From assembly GCA_963580235.1 (NCBI GenBank), contig CAUZJP010000001.1, forward strand, positions 1 through 30,781: a DNA stretch of 30,781 nt. Direction: 5' to 3'. The DNA comes from Candidatus Thalassarchaeaceae archaeon (GTDB taxonomy: Archaea; Thermoplasmatota; Poseidoniia; Poseidoniales; Thalassarchaeaceae). Below, in pieces: positions 8,627 through 17,736 of the stretch. A program made the translations under genes and the position numbers. Numbering within the stretch: position 1 is the stretch's first letter; each line of letters begins with the position of its first letter. The notes beneath the pieces are model-generated. The model was not told where the DNA came from and did no database searches. It worked only from the letters and a program-made list of their open reading frames with translations.

Positions 8627-9979
8627 CTATTCCCCGATGGCTTGTCGAGCAAGCGCGACGGTTTCGTCAACCAATTCTCCCGAGACTCCTAAGTGACTTG
8701 CAGGGTCAAACAAACCGTGCAACTCGTCACCATCGAACAGCCCTGCGATTGCAGGCGTCCGAGCGCAGATGTCCTCAAGATGAGTACCGGAGGCGAGCGC
8801 CTCCATCGAGGCTGAGCGCAGCACTTCGTGCGCCTCATCCCTAGGCATCCCCTTCTCAACAAGGGCAATCATGACCTTCTCTGCCATCACGAGTCCATTT
8901 TGTGCCTCGATGTTAGCGAGCATTCTGGGAGCGTCGACGACCAACTTACCGAGGACCTGGTCAGTTTTCGCGAGCACATCATCGAGAAGTACGACAGAGT
9001 GGGAGAGCGTGAACCGCTCAGCACTGGAGTTAGCGAGGTCCCTCTCATGCCATAGGATGGCGTTTTCCCATGTGGGCATGACCATCGAGCGGACAATCCT
9101 TGCGAGTCCACAGGCGTTTTCAGCCATGATCGGGTTTCTCTTGTGAGCCATGGTCGAGGAGCCGACCTGCTTCTCGACGTCGAATGCTTCAGCAACTTCT
9201 GCAATCTCGGTTCGCTGCAGGTTTCTGACTTCTGTGAGTACCTTCTCAACGCTGGTTGCGACATTTGCCATCCACGAAACCCATTCGATGTAGCGGTCCC
9301 TACCGACCACTTGGGTTGTCACTAGTGGGACGCCGAGTCCAAGGTGAGTGAGAATCAATGCTTGCAACTCGCGGGCATTTTCTCCTTGGGCCGCCCCTGT
9401 CCCCACTGCTCCGAGGAACTTGCCTACGCAGACGCGCGGTGACATCTGAGCGAGCCGAAGAAGGTGGCGGCGAAACTCGTCAACCCAAACTGCGACTTTC
9501 AGCCCGAAAGTGATGGGGACTGCAGCCTGACCGTGAGTTCGTCCAAGCATCACGGTATCCCGTTCCCGCTCCGCAATGTTAGCCATCGTAGTAATCAATT
9601 GACAGAGCACTTCGTGCTGTATTTTTATTGAATCTCGAATCTGAATGGCTACCGCGGAGTCGACGATGTCGTTGCTCGTCGCGCCGAGGTGGATGCACCA
9701 ACCAGCGTCGCCCGCCTGCTCGGCCATCGCCTTGGTGAGCGCCATGATGTCGTGTTTCGTTTCCGCCTCTATTTCCAGAACTCTCTCTATCGTAACAGCA
9801 GTCGGATTTGAGATGGCAGCGACTGCGTCGTAGTCAGCTTCGGTGACTCGACCTAATTCCTTGTGCGCCCAAATTAATGCCCGCTCAACTTCAATTTGGC
9901 GAGCGTGGCGGCCATCATCAGACCAGATCTCTTTCACAGAGTCCCGGCCATAGCGGTAATCAAGTGGACAGAGTGGCAT
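8627..9979 (-). CDS. purB: Adenylosuccinate lyase
   Basis: PLDYRYG, ETKHDIMA, HLGATSNDI, GRTHGQAA.P.TFG and the signature GSSTMAHKRNP, followed by WHERDLANSSAER. Confidence 0.95.
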   Translation of the reverse strand: MPLCPLDYRYGRDSVKEIWSDDGRHARQIEVERALIWAHKELGRVTEADYDAVAAISNPTAVTIERVLEIEAETKHDIMALTKAMAEQAGDAGWCIHLGATSNDIVDSAVAIQIRDSIKIQHEVLCQLITTMANIAERERDTVMLGRTHGQAAVPITFGLKVAVWVDEFRRHLLRLAQMSPRVCVGKFLGAVGTGAAQGENARELQALILTHLGLGVPLVTTQVVGRDRYIEWVSWMANVATSVEKVLTEVRNLQRTEIAEVAEAFDVEKQVGSSTMAHKRNPIMAENACGLARIVRSMVMPTWENAILWHERDLANSSAERFTLSHSVVLLDDVLAKTDQVLGKLVVDAPRMLANIEAQNGLVMAEKVMIALVEKGMPRDEAHEVLRSASMEALASGTHLEDICARTPAIAGLFDGDELHGLFDPASHLGVSGELVDETVALARQAIGE

Positions 9980-10038
9980 CCCAACACCCTTTCATGAGTT
10001 GCGAGTCGGGGGTTCCGTTTGAGCGTGCCGCACCCGAA

Positions 10039-10830
10039 TTAATCGGTTAGTGAGGCAGTTTCGATGGCAAATTCGCCCCGTTGACCCTTCCAGAGAGGCT
10101 CTCCTACAATGGTAATTTGAGAGTTCATCCAAGGGGCTGAAAGAATCGCAGTTTCAAACTCCCCACCCTCTCCGTCGACAGTAAAACCGTGCCGCTCCGC
10201 CACCACTCCGAGTTCTCCCAATGACTGTTCGTCCAGACTTCTTCCAACCCACTCTTCGGTTAGGCCATCCGCTGATACTGAAGTCAGCATCATGGAGAAT
10301 CGTTGTTCGAGCAGGTTCTGCATGTGTTGTGAGGCGGAGTTGTGCCAAAGCGGAGCGAAGGATTTGATGCCGAGCCGCTCCGCCATTCTGTCGAGTCGCG
10401 TGCGTTGGTAATCACTGCGCAGCGCACCGGAAACCAGTCCGTCAATCGGAGTTTGACTGTTCATCCGCATCATATTTGCAGGGCGAGGCCAGTTAGGCGG
10501 CCAAAAGGTGGCCCACTCCTCTTCAGTCCAGTTGTTGGAATTACTGTCCTCGAGGGAGCCGGTAACCCCCCTCACCTGAGGGAGGAGGGCTTCCTCCAAC
10601 TGTCCTATTTCGACCTCGGGCTCACCCGAAACGATGACTGGCAGCCAAGGTATTCCAGCCGCTGCTGCTTGAAGTCCAGCGAGGGCCGTCGAAGGGAGTT
10701 GAAACATCATCGAATCATCTCCGGAAACTCGGACAGTCACAATGCCCGCTACCTCCCAGCCTTGTAGGAGTGCCCACCATACGGCGTAGCAGGAATCCTT
10801 CCCACCTGATGACAATACTAGCACGCGCAT
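10039..10830 (-). CDS. dph6: Diphthine--ammonia ligase (Dph6, PP-loop)
   Basis: MRVLVLSSGGKDS, SMMFQ, GALRSDYQRTR, FAPLW and GEGGEFET. Alternative starts at 10848 and 10869. Confidence 0.9.
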   Translation of the reverse strand: MRVLVLSSGGKDSCYAVWWALLQGWEVAGIVTVRVSGDDSMMFQLPSTALAGLQAAAAGIPWLPVIVSGEPEVEIGQLEEALLPQVRGVTGSLEDSNSNNWTEEEWATFWPPNWPRPANMMRMNSQTPIDGLVSGALRSDYQRTRLDRMAERLGIKSFAPLWHNSASQHMQNLLEQRFSMMLTSVSADGLTEEWVGRSLDEQSLGELGVVAERHGFTVDGEGGEFETAILSAPWMNSQITIVGEPLWKGQRGEFAIETASLTD

Positions 10831-11029
10831 GAGCCTCGGAGACATCATCAAATGAAAAAGCGTCCCCAATCCATGACATCCTGACCTTCACTTTTGCGTG
10901 ACTATCTGCTCGCAGAGTTCAGTTGGTTAGACTCGTAGCGATGCCAATCACCCCTACCGTCCTCTATGGAGGGTGGTTGGGCTCTCAAGGTTCATAAGAG
11001 GTCGACCGTCAGCCGCCGTTGGGAGTAGC

Positions 11030-11755
11030 ATGCAGCCGAGCGGACGAGGATATGACCACGGAATCACGACATTCAGCCCCGACGGGAGGCTGTTCCAAGT
11101 GGAGTATGCACGAGAGTCCGTCAAGAGGGGAACCACCACTGTCGGACTAAAGTATCGAGATGGGGTCATACTCATCGTTGACAAGCGAATCGCAAGCCGT
11201 CTCATCCTTCCGGAATCAATCGATAAGGTGTACAAAATCGATGAGCACATTGGCTTTGCAACCGCAGGACTGGTTGCCGACGCCCGCCAACTCGTCTCCC
11301 GCGCACGTACAGAATGCCAAGTGAACAGAATCACCTACAACGACCGGGTTCCAGTCGATATCCTGACAAAGAAAATCTGTGACTTCAAGCAGTCTTTCAC
11401 ACAATACGGCGGCGTCCGCCCATTCGGAACCGCTCTCCTGATAGCGGGGGTCGATCATAACGGCGTCCACCTCTACGAAACTGACCCGAGTGGTGCGTAC
11501 CAATCCTACCACGGTGGCGCTATTGGCCGAGGCCGCAACACTGTAGTCGATTTCTTTGAGAAGAGTTGGAAGAAGAACATGACCATGAACGCAGCAATCA
11601 AACTCGGATTGGAAGCGCTTCGAGACTCACTTGAAGACGACCTGAACAAGGATGCAGTCGAAATCGCAGTCATTGACACCGATGGTTACAGAGAGTTGCC
11701 CCACCAAGAGACAATAGGTCACATCAACCGGCTAAAACCACTTGAAGAAGAGTGA
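11030..11755 (+). CDS. psmA: Proteasome alpha subunit
   Basis: GYDHGITTFSPDGRLFQVEYA, GTTTVG, RPFGTALLIAG and ETDPSG. ATG at 11030 follows GGGAG. Confidence 0.97.
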   Translation: MQPSGRGYDHGITTFSPDGRLFQVEYARESVKRGTTTVGLKYRDGVILIVDKRIASRLILPESIDKVYKIDEHIGFATAGLVADARQLVSRARTECQVNRITYNDRVPVDILTKKICDFKQSFTQYGGVRPFGTALLIAGVDHNGVHLYETDPSGAYQSYHGGAIGRGRNTVVDFFEKSWKKNMTMNAAIKLGLEALRDSLEDDLNKDAVEIAVIDTDGYRELPHQETIGHINRLKPLEEE

Positions 11756-11817
11756 ACCGGCAGCCCTGAAGTCTAAGGGACTCCACCGCCTCTCCGCAAA
11801 CGGCGAGGGGGAATCTC

Positions 11818-12507
11818 ATGGTAAGTTTGGATGACGCGGTCACTGCCCGTTTGGAAAAGGGCGGCAAGCGATATGAGATACTAGTCGACCCTGACTTGGT
11901 TGATAAATGGAAGAAGGACCACGATTCCGTCAGCCTTGACGACCTGTTGGCGATAGACGAGGTGTGGCACGATGCGAAGAATGGTGACCGACCGACGGAA
12001 GAGAAGATGGTCGGTGTTTTCGGGACCACGGAGTTGTCCGTATGTGTCGAGAAGATTCTGAGCGACGGTTCCATTCAATTAACGACTGATCAGCGTAAGA
12101 AGATGGTGGCTGAGAAGCGGCGCCAAATCATCAATGAAATCTGCAGCCTTGCCATCGACCCCCAAACCAAGCTGCCACACCCGGTAGCGCGGGTCGAAAA
12201 CGCGCTCGATGAAGCCCGCTTTTCGGTTGACCCATTCAAACCATATGAGACCCAGGTGAAAGATGCCGTCGCGGTGCTCCGCCCCCTGATTCCCCTCTCA
12301 TTCACGACAGTGAAACTCGCCTTCAAAATCCCGGGCACCAACTACGGCCCAGTCTTCGCCATGGTACGGGAAGACTTGCAGAGGGAGGAGTGGCTCGCGA
12401 ACGGTGACTGGGCGTTCACGGTCGAAGTGCCTGCCGGAATGAAGAATGACTACATCGCAAAGGTAGGAAAAAGAGCCCCAGATGTCGTGGTCAAGGAACT
12501 CAAGTGA
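11818..12507 (+). CDS. Ribosome maturation factor SBDS/Sdo1
   Basis: MVSLDDAVTARL..GKRYEILVDP, IQLTTDQRKKM, IDPQTKLPHPVARVENAL and VEVPAG. Confidence 0.95.
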   Translation: MVSLDDAVTARLEKGGKRYEILVDPDLVDKWKKDHDSVSLDDLLAIDEVWHDAKNGDRPTEEKMVGVFGTTELSVCVEKILSDGSIQLTTDQRKKMVAEKRRQIINEICSLAIDPQTKLPHPVARVENALDEARFSVDPFKPYETQVKDAVAVLRPLIPLSFTTVKLAFKIPGTNYGPVFAMVREDLQREEWLANGDWAFTVEVPAGMKNDYIAKVGKRAPDVVVKELK

Positions 12508-12538
12508 CCAATCGCTCAAGTTGCGTTGCTATGCAACG

Positions 12539-12568
12539 GTTATAGAGGGGGGGGCGGTCGCCGGCGAC
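12539..12568 (+). promoter_or_regulatory. Putative internal promoter before rrp4: TATA-like box, G8 spacer and a 12-bp palindrome
   Basis: GTTATAGA (12539-12546), 9 nt (G8C), then GGTCG overlapping the perfect palindrome GTCGCCGGCGAC (12557-12568). Confidence 0.35.
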
Positions 12569-12579
12569 GGAGAGATACC

Positions 12580-13272
12580 ATGGGAGAAGATAGCGCCTCG
12601 GATGGGCGCGGTTCAGGACGAGACATCAAGCTCGTCGTCCCGGGTGAAGCGCTCGGACCTGCCGGTGACCGAATTGTCGGTCATGGCGTCGGTCGGCGCG
12701 GAGACCTGTTGATAGCAACACGGCTCGGACACTTGTGTGAACAGGGGTCTGAAGTCTCAGTGGTACCGGTGAAAACAGCCTACATGCCTCGACCCGGCGA
12801 CTTGGTCGTCGGATACATCGAGGGAATGAGGGCAAACATCTGGTTCATTGACATCGGGGCTCCATTCAACGCCATTTTGCCTATGAGCCTCGCACCGGGT
12901 AAGGTCGATTATGGGGCCACTCGTGACGCCATGGATGTAGGGACCACAATCCTCTGCCGAGTGCAGGAGGTTGACGAATCCCACTCATCTGTCGTTACCA
13001 TGAAGGGCATGGGACTACGGAAGCTGAATTCCGGCTTCGTTGACCAAGTACCGCCACACTTGAATGCACAGATTATCGGCTCAAAGGGTTCGATGATTCA
13101 GATGCTTAAGGAGGCGAGCGACTGCCGCATAATCGTGGGGCAGAACGGTCGTCTTTGGATAGAGGGGGAGCCTGAGGGCGTTCGTCTCGTGCGAGATGCA
13201 TTGAAAATGATTCGTGAGACCGGTCATGCACCGGGCCTTGCGGGGCGAGTTCAGAGTCTTCTTGACAGTTGA
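12580..13272 (+). CDS. rrp4: Exosome RNA-binding cap subunit Rrp4 (S1 + KH)
   Basis: VVPGEAL, YMPRPGDLVVGYI and KH loop IIGSKGSMIQML..IIVGQNGRLWI. ATG at 12580 follows GGAGAG. Confidence 0.93.
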   Translation: MGEDSASDGRGSGRDIKLVVPGEALGPAGDRIVGHGVGRRGDLLIATRLGHLCEQGSEVSVVPVKTAYMPRPGDLVVGYIEGMRANIWFIDIGAPFNAILPMSLAPGKVDYGATRDAMDVGTTILCRVQEVDESHSSVVTMKGMGLRKLNSGFVDQVPPHLNAQIIGSKGSMIQMLKEASDCRIIVGQNGRLWIEGEPEGVRLVRDALKMIRETGHAPGLAGRVQSLLDS

Positions 13273-13288
13273 AAATACGGAGTGTGTG

Positions 13289-14020
13289 ATGAAAATGGGT
13301 GGATATGGTGACGTCCAAATGATAGATGAAGATGGCAAGCGGGTAGACGGTCGAGGACCGGGTGACTTGCGACCCATTGAGATTGAGGTTGGAGTGGTTC
13401 CAGTTGCAGATGGTTCAGCGAGTATTCGCTGGGGTGCCAACTATGCGATTGCAACCGTGTATGGGCCGATGGAGGCGCATCCCCGGAAGATATCTCGTCA
13501 AGAGCGAGCAGTTCTCGATGTACGCTACAACATGGCTCCTTTCAGCACGACTGACCGGATGCGACCTGGATTCAACCGACGCAGCAGAGAGATCAGCAAG
13601 GTGACATCAGATGCTCTTGAGAGCGTCGTCCAACTCGAACTATATCCCCGAAGCAAGATACGGGTCGAGATTGAGGTTTTATGCGCAGAGGCAGGCACTC
13701 GTTGTGTAGGGCTGACTGCAGCATCAGTAGCTTTGGCAGACGCCGGCATCCCGATGACCGACATGGTCGTCAGTGTGGCATCTGGCAAGATTAACGGCGT
13801 CGTGGTATGTGACCTCAACAAGGAAGAGGACAACTACGGGGAGGCGGACCTACCAATGGGTGTCCTTCCCAACACGGGTGATTTGGTCTTCCTACAGATG
13901 GATGGTGACTTGTCACCTGAGGAGTTCCAGCAGGCATGGGACTACAATGTCAATGCCGCACAAGCCGTTCACGAGATTATGGTGGCTGCTCTTGCAGACC
14001 GCTATGGAGGTGGTGAATAA
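13289..14020 (+). CDS. rrp41: Exosome RNase PH subunit Rrp41 (catalytic)
   Basis: RVDGRGPGDLRPI, DGSA, YNMAPFST, RRSREIS, AGTR, ALADAGIPM and EEDNYGEAD with two Asp six residues apart. Confidence 0.96.
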   Translation: MKMGGYGDVQMIDEDGKRVDGRGPGDLRPIEIEVGVVPVADGSASIRWGANYAIATVYGPMEAHPRKISRQERAVLDVRYNMAPFSTTDRMRPGFNRRSREISKVTSDALESVVQLELYPRSKIRVEIEVLCAEAGTRCVGLTAASVALADAGIPMTDMVVSVASGKINGVVVCDLNKEEDNYGEADLPMGVLPNTGDLVFLQMDGDLSPEEFQQAWDYNVNAAQAVHEIMVAALADRYGGGE

Positions 14021-14799
14021 TGGCTAACCCACTAGTTCCCGGACTCCTACGCGACCATCTGTCCGAACTCGCAGATCGAGACGAGCGTGTTGATGGCCGT
14101 GGTCAATGGGATGGTCGAGAGTTGACCATCGAGGTGAACCCACTACCAAACGCAGAGGGTTCAGCAAAGGTGACGATGGGCGATACAATCGTTTTCGTCG
14201 GCATCAAGTTCCAGATTCAGACACCCTATCCAGACCGCCCCAATCAGGGCGGCTTGATGACGAGCGCCGAGCTGCGCCCGGTTGCCGGCCGCCATTACGA
14301 ACCTGGGCCCCCAAGTCCAGAGAGCATCGAGATGGGCCGTGTCGTCGATCGTGGAATCCGCGAGTCGGGTTGCCTCGATGTCGATGCCCTCTGCATCATT
14401 CCCGGTGAGAAGGCGTGGCAGGTCATCATCGACTGCTTTGCTATCAGTGATGACGGAAATATGTTCGACGCCTTCGGACTTGCAGCAATCGTTGCACTGA
14501 AGAACGCAATCGTCCCAGCCGAGCGCTTCGATGTCGGCGAGGACTACCCACTACCGATTTCCTTGATGCCAATTATGTGTTCATACCACAAGGTCGGCGG
14601 ACGCTTCGTCTACGACGCCTCCCGAGAAGAGGAGGTTGGTGGCGACGAGCGCATCCACATCACCCTCGGTGATGATGGTCATGTCCATTCACTTCAGAAG
14701 GGGCTAAAGGGTGTGTTCACAGCGGCCGAATTCGACGAAATCATGACCGCTGCACGGCAGCGAGTCTCCGAACTCCAAGAAATAGTCAACAACCTGTGA
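14020..14799 (+). CDS. rrp42: Exosome RNase PH subunit Rrp42
   Basis: RVDGRG..GRE, NAEGSAKVTMGDT, PYPDRPNQG, IEMGRVVDRGIRES and DDGNMFDA. TAATG stop/start overlap with rrp41. Confidence 0.95.
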   Translation: MANPLVPGLLRDHLSELADRDERVDGRGQWDGRELTIEVNPLPNAEGSAKVTMGDTIVFVGIKFQIQTPYPDRPNQGGLMTSAELRPVAGRHYEPGPPSPESIEMGRVVDRGIRESGCLDVDALCIIPGEKAWQVIIDCFAISDDGNMFDAFGLAAIVALKNAIVPAERFDVGEDYPLPISLMPIMCSYHKVGGRFVYDASREEEVGGDERIHITLGDDGHVHSLQKGLKGVFTAAEFDEIMTAARQRVSELQEIVNNL

Positions 14800-14809
14800 G
14801 GTGCAATAA

Positions 14810-15220
14810 ATGTCCAAGAGAACCCAGAAGGCCGGATTGGCCGCTCGATTCGGTCCTCGCTATGGTGTGTCCGTGCGCCGTCGAGCCACAGCCGCAATCA
14901 AGAAGGTCAAGCGCCACTACACCTGCCCTGTCTGCCAATACCAGAAGGTCAGGCGTGATTCGCCGGGAATCTGGAGATGCCGCAAGTGCGACCACACCTT
15001 CGCTGGCGGAGTCTGGGAGCCCTTCACGCGCGCCACTGACTCCAACAACCGAATCATTCGCCGCTCCATTGACGGGGCAACTGCGACCGACATGGCCATT
15101 ATCGCCCAACAGAAGGCAGTAGAGTTTGAGCGTCAGCGGGCTGCAGAAGAGGATGATGATGCACCTATTGCCGAGATCGCCACGGAGGGAGACGACGGTG
15201 GCGAATCCGAAGAAGAGTGA
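14810..15220 (+). CDS. rpl37ae: 50S ribosomal protein L37ae (eL43) with a C-terminal acidic extension
   Basis: AARFGPRYGVSVRRR, CPVC..GIWRCRKC Zn finger and FAGGVWEP. Confidence 0.95.
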   Translation: MSKRTQKAGLAARFGPRYGVSVRRRATAAIKKVKRHYTCPVCQYQKVRRDSPGIWRCRKCDHTFAGGVWEPFTRATDSNNRIIRRSIDGATATDMAIIAQQKAVEFERQRAAEEDDDAPIAEIATEGDDGGESEEE

Positions 15221-15458
15221 GCGCTGTAGCGCTTCCTTGACAATTGCTGAGGGTGACATGGCAGCGGCTCTTGCCGCCGCATTGACGACTGAGGGTGCCG
15301 AAGTCACCCTAGACGACGATTCATTGACCGTCAATGTCCAATCAGAGACCATATCTGACCTTCGGGCGCGATTGAATTCGACGCTTCGTTCATTACAGGC
15401 GGCGTCCGAAGCGCTAACCGAGGCCGACCGCGCCTCTCAATCAACAGGAGGCGAGTGA
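15198..15458 (+). CDS. pcc1: KEOPS complex Pcc1-like subunit
   Basis: LTVNVQSETISDLRARLNSTLRSL matches the Pcc1 'i.a.d...LRa.lNs.lr' motif. It occupies the conserved position between rpl37ae and prefoldin beta. GTG at 15198 has GGAGG upstream and overlaps the end of rpl37ae. Confidence 0.8.
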   Translation: MANPKKSERCSASLTIAEGDMAAALAAALTTEGAEVTLDDDSLTVNVQSETISDLRARLNSTLRSLQAASEALTEADRASQSTGGE

Positions 15459-15782
15459 ATGACTGAAAACGATATGCGCACCGACCTGCAGAATGTTGTA
15501 CAGGAACTACAACTGGCTGCTCAACAGGTTGCCACCGTGAAAGCCCAAATCAACGAATTAGAAGGCACTTTGGATGCTCTAGCCACTCAGGAAGAGGATC
15601 GTCCCGTGTACCGGCAGAGCGGTCCAGTTCTCCTTGAGGTTGGCGACCGAGATGCCCTCGCTGAAGACCTGCGAAATAGCATTCAGCGACTGTCTGAGCA
15701 TGCAACTCGAATCGAAGAGAGGGAAAAATCCCTTCGTGAGCAGTACGAGTCTATCGTGAAGAAGTTCGAGGGAGCAGAGTGA
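15459..15782 (+). CDS. pfdB: Prefoldin beta subunit
   Basis: Two coiled-coil helices flanking PVYRQSGPVLLEV. Conserved position in the superoperon. Confidence 0.92.
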   Translation: MTENDMRTDLQNVVQELQLAAQQVATVKAQINELEGTLDALATQEEDRPVYRQSGPVLLEVGDRDALAEDLRNSIQRLSEHATRIEEREKSLREQYESIVKKFEGAE

Positions 15783-16774
15783 GCCAACAGACCTCCGACC
15801 TCTCCGTGCTCCACCAATGGCTGCAATCAGCAGTCGAGAGAGGCCCAATCGCAATCGTCTCTCACAAGAATGGCGACATGGATACAATCGGCTCCGCCTG
15901 CGCATTATCCCATGCCTTGGGTGACTCAGCCCGCGCCTGCGGACTCCACTCTTCCTCAATTGCAAAGCGAATCGTCGCAACGACTGAGGCTGAATTTCAT
16001 CTAATGGATGGAGGCCGGCCGCTCTGGCCTCGAACCTTGGGTAGTATCGTCGTCGTCGATGCCGCCTCTCCGAGTCAGGTGGGCATGTCTTTTCCGCCCG
16101 GGGTCCCAATCTGTGCGATCGACCACCATACCGGTGGCGCCGACTGGAGTTCTGCCGACCTGCACTTTCACTGGGATTGCCATTCAACCGCCGAGATGGT
16201 GTTCGCCTACCTCGATGAGTTCAGAACTGGTTCCATTGACAGTTCAGTCCGCCGCCTCCTACTCGCTGGCGTGATAACCGACACCGGCCGCTTCCGCCAC
16301 GCCGATTCCCGAAGTTTGGCTGCTGCCTCCAAAATGGTCGAACATGACGACCTAGACTACCACTCGTTCGTTGAAGAGATGGAATCGAATGAGTTGAACC
16401 ACTCCCAGAAGGTTGCGATTGCCAAGGCATTGAGCCGAGTCGAGTCAATAGATGCAGGTGAGTGGTTCCTGCTTCACACTCGGGCAGGCACCAACGAAGG
16501 AGTAGTTGCTCGGACTCTGATGTCAGCGGGTGCTGATGTTGCTCTGGTTGTAAGGCGAGCTAAGGATGAGACTCGTTTGGTCGCCCGCGCCAGCCGCAAG
16601 GCGGTATCTGAGGGGTGCAATCTCGGTGAGATGATGGAGTCCCTCGCTCTGCGGTTGGATGGAGATGGAGGTGGTCACCCCGGAGCTGCTGGTTGGAGTG
16701 GTGAGGCACCTGCTGTCACTGCCCGCTCTGGCTTCATAGCCGACCTATCGGGCTTGAGGAGGAAATCCTCATGA
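15779..16774 (+). CDS. DHH/DHHA1 phosphoesterase (NrnA-like)
   Basis: SHKNGDMDTIGS, VVVDAAS, IDHH, GVITDTGRF and DHHA1 motif GGGHPGAAG. GTGA overlap with pfdB. Confidence 0.9.
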   Translation: MSQQTSDLSVLHQWLQSAVERGPIAIVSHKNGDMDTIGSACALSHALGDSARACGLHSSSIAKRIVATTEAEFHLMDGGRPLWPRTLGSIVVVDAASPSQVGMSFPPGVPICAIDHHTGGADWSSADLHFHWDCHSTAEMVFAYLDEFRTGSIDSSVRRLLLAGVITDTGRFRHADSRSLAAASKMVEHDDLDYHSFVEEMESNELNHSQKVAIAKALSRVESIDAGEWFLLHTRAGTNEGVVARTLMSAGADVALVVRRAKDETRLVARASRKAVSEGCNLGEMMESLALRLDGDGGGHPGAAGWSGEAPAVTARSGFIADLSGLRRKSS

Positions 16775-17736
16775 CAACTCCGTCTGAAGCGGTCGCCCAA
16801 TTGCGAGAGAAATCAATCGATGTCCAATCGGCAATCTCCCAGGTCGACCCGCTGTCACTCGGTGAATGCGCCCTATTTGAGGGCGAAGAGGGCCTCTGCG
16901 CCGCCATTCAATCCGAACTTACTCCGGCTCAACTACACTTTCTGCAATTTCGCAGAGCACAACTCAACAATGATGCTGAAGCCGCTCAGGAGGCATTGAC
17001 TGCGTGTGTGACCTCTTCACGAGAGAGAGGGGAGAGAGACCATGCGCTTGAAGCCAGAGCGAGGATGGAGTGGGGATTGCTCCGCTTTGCGCTCGGCGAG
17101 TCTGAACAGGCGGGAGTGGACCTAAAATGGGCGATGGAGAGGCTGAATGCGCTCGAAGAGGGCAGTATCGCGCACGGTTTGGCTATGCTCAACATGGCGG
17201 CTTGGCATGAATCGGTTGGCGAGCCGATAATGGCCTTGGCGATTCACAGCCAAATCAGCCGTCATGGGCCTCATCTCGTTGAAACAATTGCGCTCAGTCG
17301 GTTGCGGGCCGCCCATCTAACCCTCAACATCGGCGATCTACAGTCGAGCCTTCGCCATAGTTGGGTCTCCTTCCAAGGTCTTCGTGACATGGACATGCCT
17401 GAACTCGTTCGAGAAGCTGCACTACTTTGGCTGGATGTGGCACTAAATGAGGTCTCAGACGAAGCTCCATCAATGCAGGAGAGAGTGGAGACAGCCAAGC
17501 CAAGGAACCCTGGGGATGGTGATGATGCGCGTTCAAATCCGGCCGACATCGCACAAATCCTGGAGTGGTTGGTCGACAATTGGGATGATGATGCAAGCGG
17601 CGAATTGAGGCCAGATATTGCAGTAATGATTGAGGCCGAACAGGCGATTGGGCAGTCTGCTTTCCAAGAGCGAATATCCCAGGTTGAAGAGTTGTCAGCA
17701 AGAGATGTGGTTGAACTTCTCACTGATCGAGATTGA
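16771..17736 (+). CDS. Hypothetical all-helical (TPR/solenoid-like) protein
   Basis: 321 aa, ATGA-coupled to the DHH gene. Repeating amphipathic helices (ARARMEWGLLRFALGESEQAGVDLKWA; LAMLNMAAWHESVGEPIMALAI). Confidence 0.65.
   Translation: MTTPSEAVAQLREKSIDVQSAISQVDPLSLGECALFEGEEGLCAAIQSELTPAQLHFLQFRRAQLNNDAEAAQEALTACVTSSRERGERDHALEARARMEWGLLRFALGESEQAGVDLKWAMERLNALEEGSIAHGLAMLNMAAWHESVGEPIMALAIHSQISRHGPHLVETIALSRLRAAHLTLNIGDLQSSLRHSWVSFQGLRDMDMPELVREAALLWLDVALNEVSDEAPSMQERVETAKPRNPGDGDDARSNPADIAQILEWLVDNWDDDASGELRPDIAVMIEAEQAIGQSAFQERISQVEELSARDVVELLTDRD

Noticed and set aside
10870-11029. 160-nt dph6-psmA spacer with a hairpin (10956-10977) as a possible tRNA or ncRNA
   Set aside because: No cloverleaf, T-loop or C/D-box pair is evident. 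A 9-bp stem with two G-U pairs in a divergent promoter region is not enough evidence.
11789-11808. Small hairpin covering the SD of the SBDS gene as a translational switch
   Set aside because: Only 7 bp with an internal mismatch in a GC-rich spacer, which is within chance expectation.
12547-12554. G8 homopolymer upstream of rrp4 as a phase-variation switch
   Set aside because: It is only 8 nt, intergenic, and precedes an essential gene. No read-level length data are available. It is recorded only as part of the promoter motif.
13289-14020. Rrp41 'AEAGTR' in place of the usual 'ADAGSR/ADGGTR', suggesting an inactive exosome
   Set aside because: The Asp pair in EEDNYGEAD and the Arg-rich phosphate-binding segments are intact; the change is conservative.
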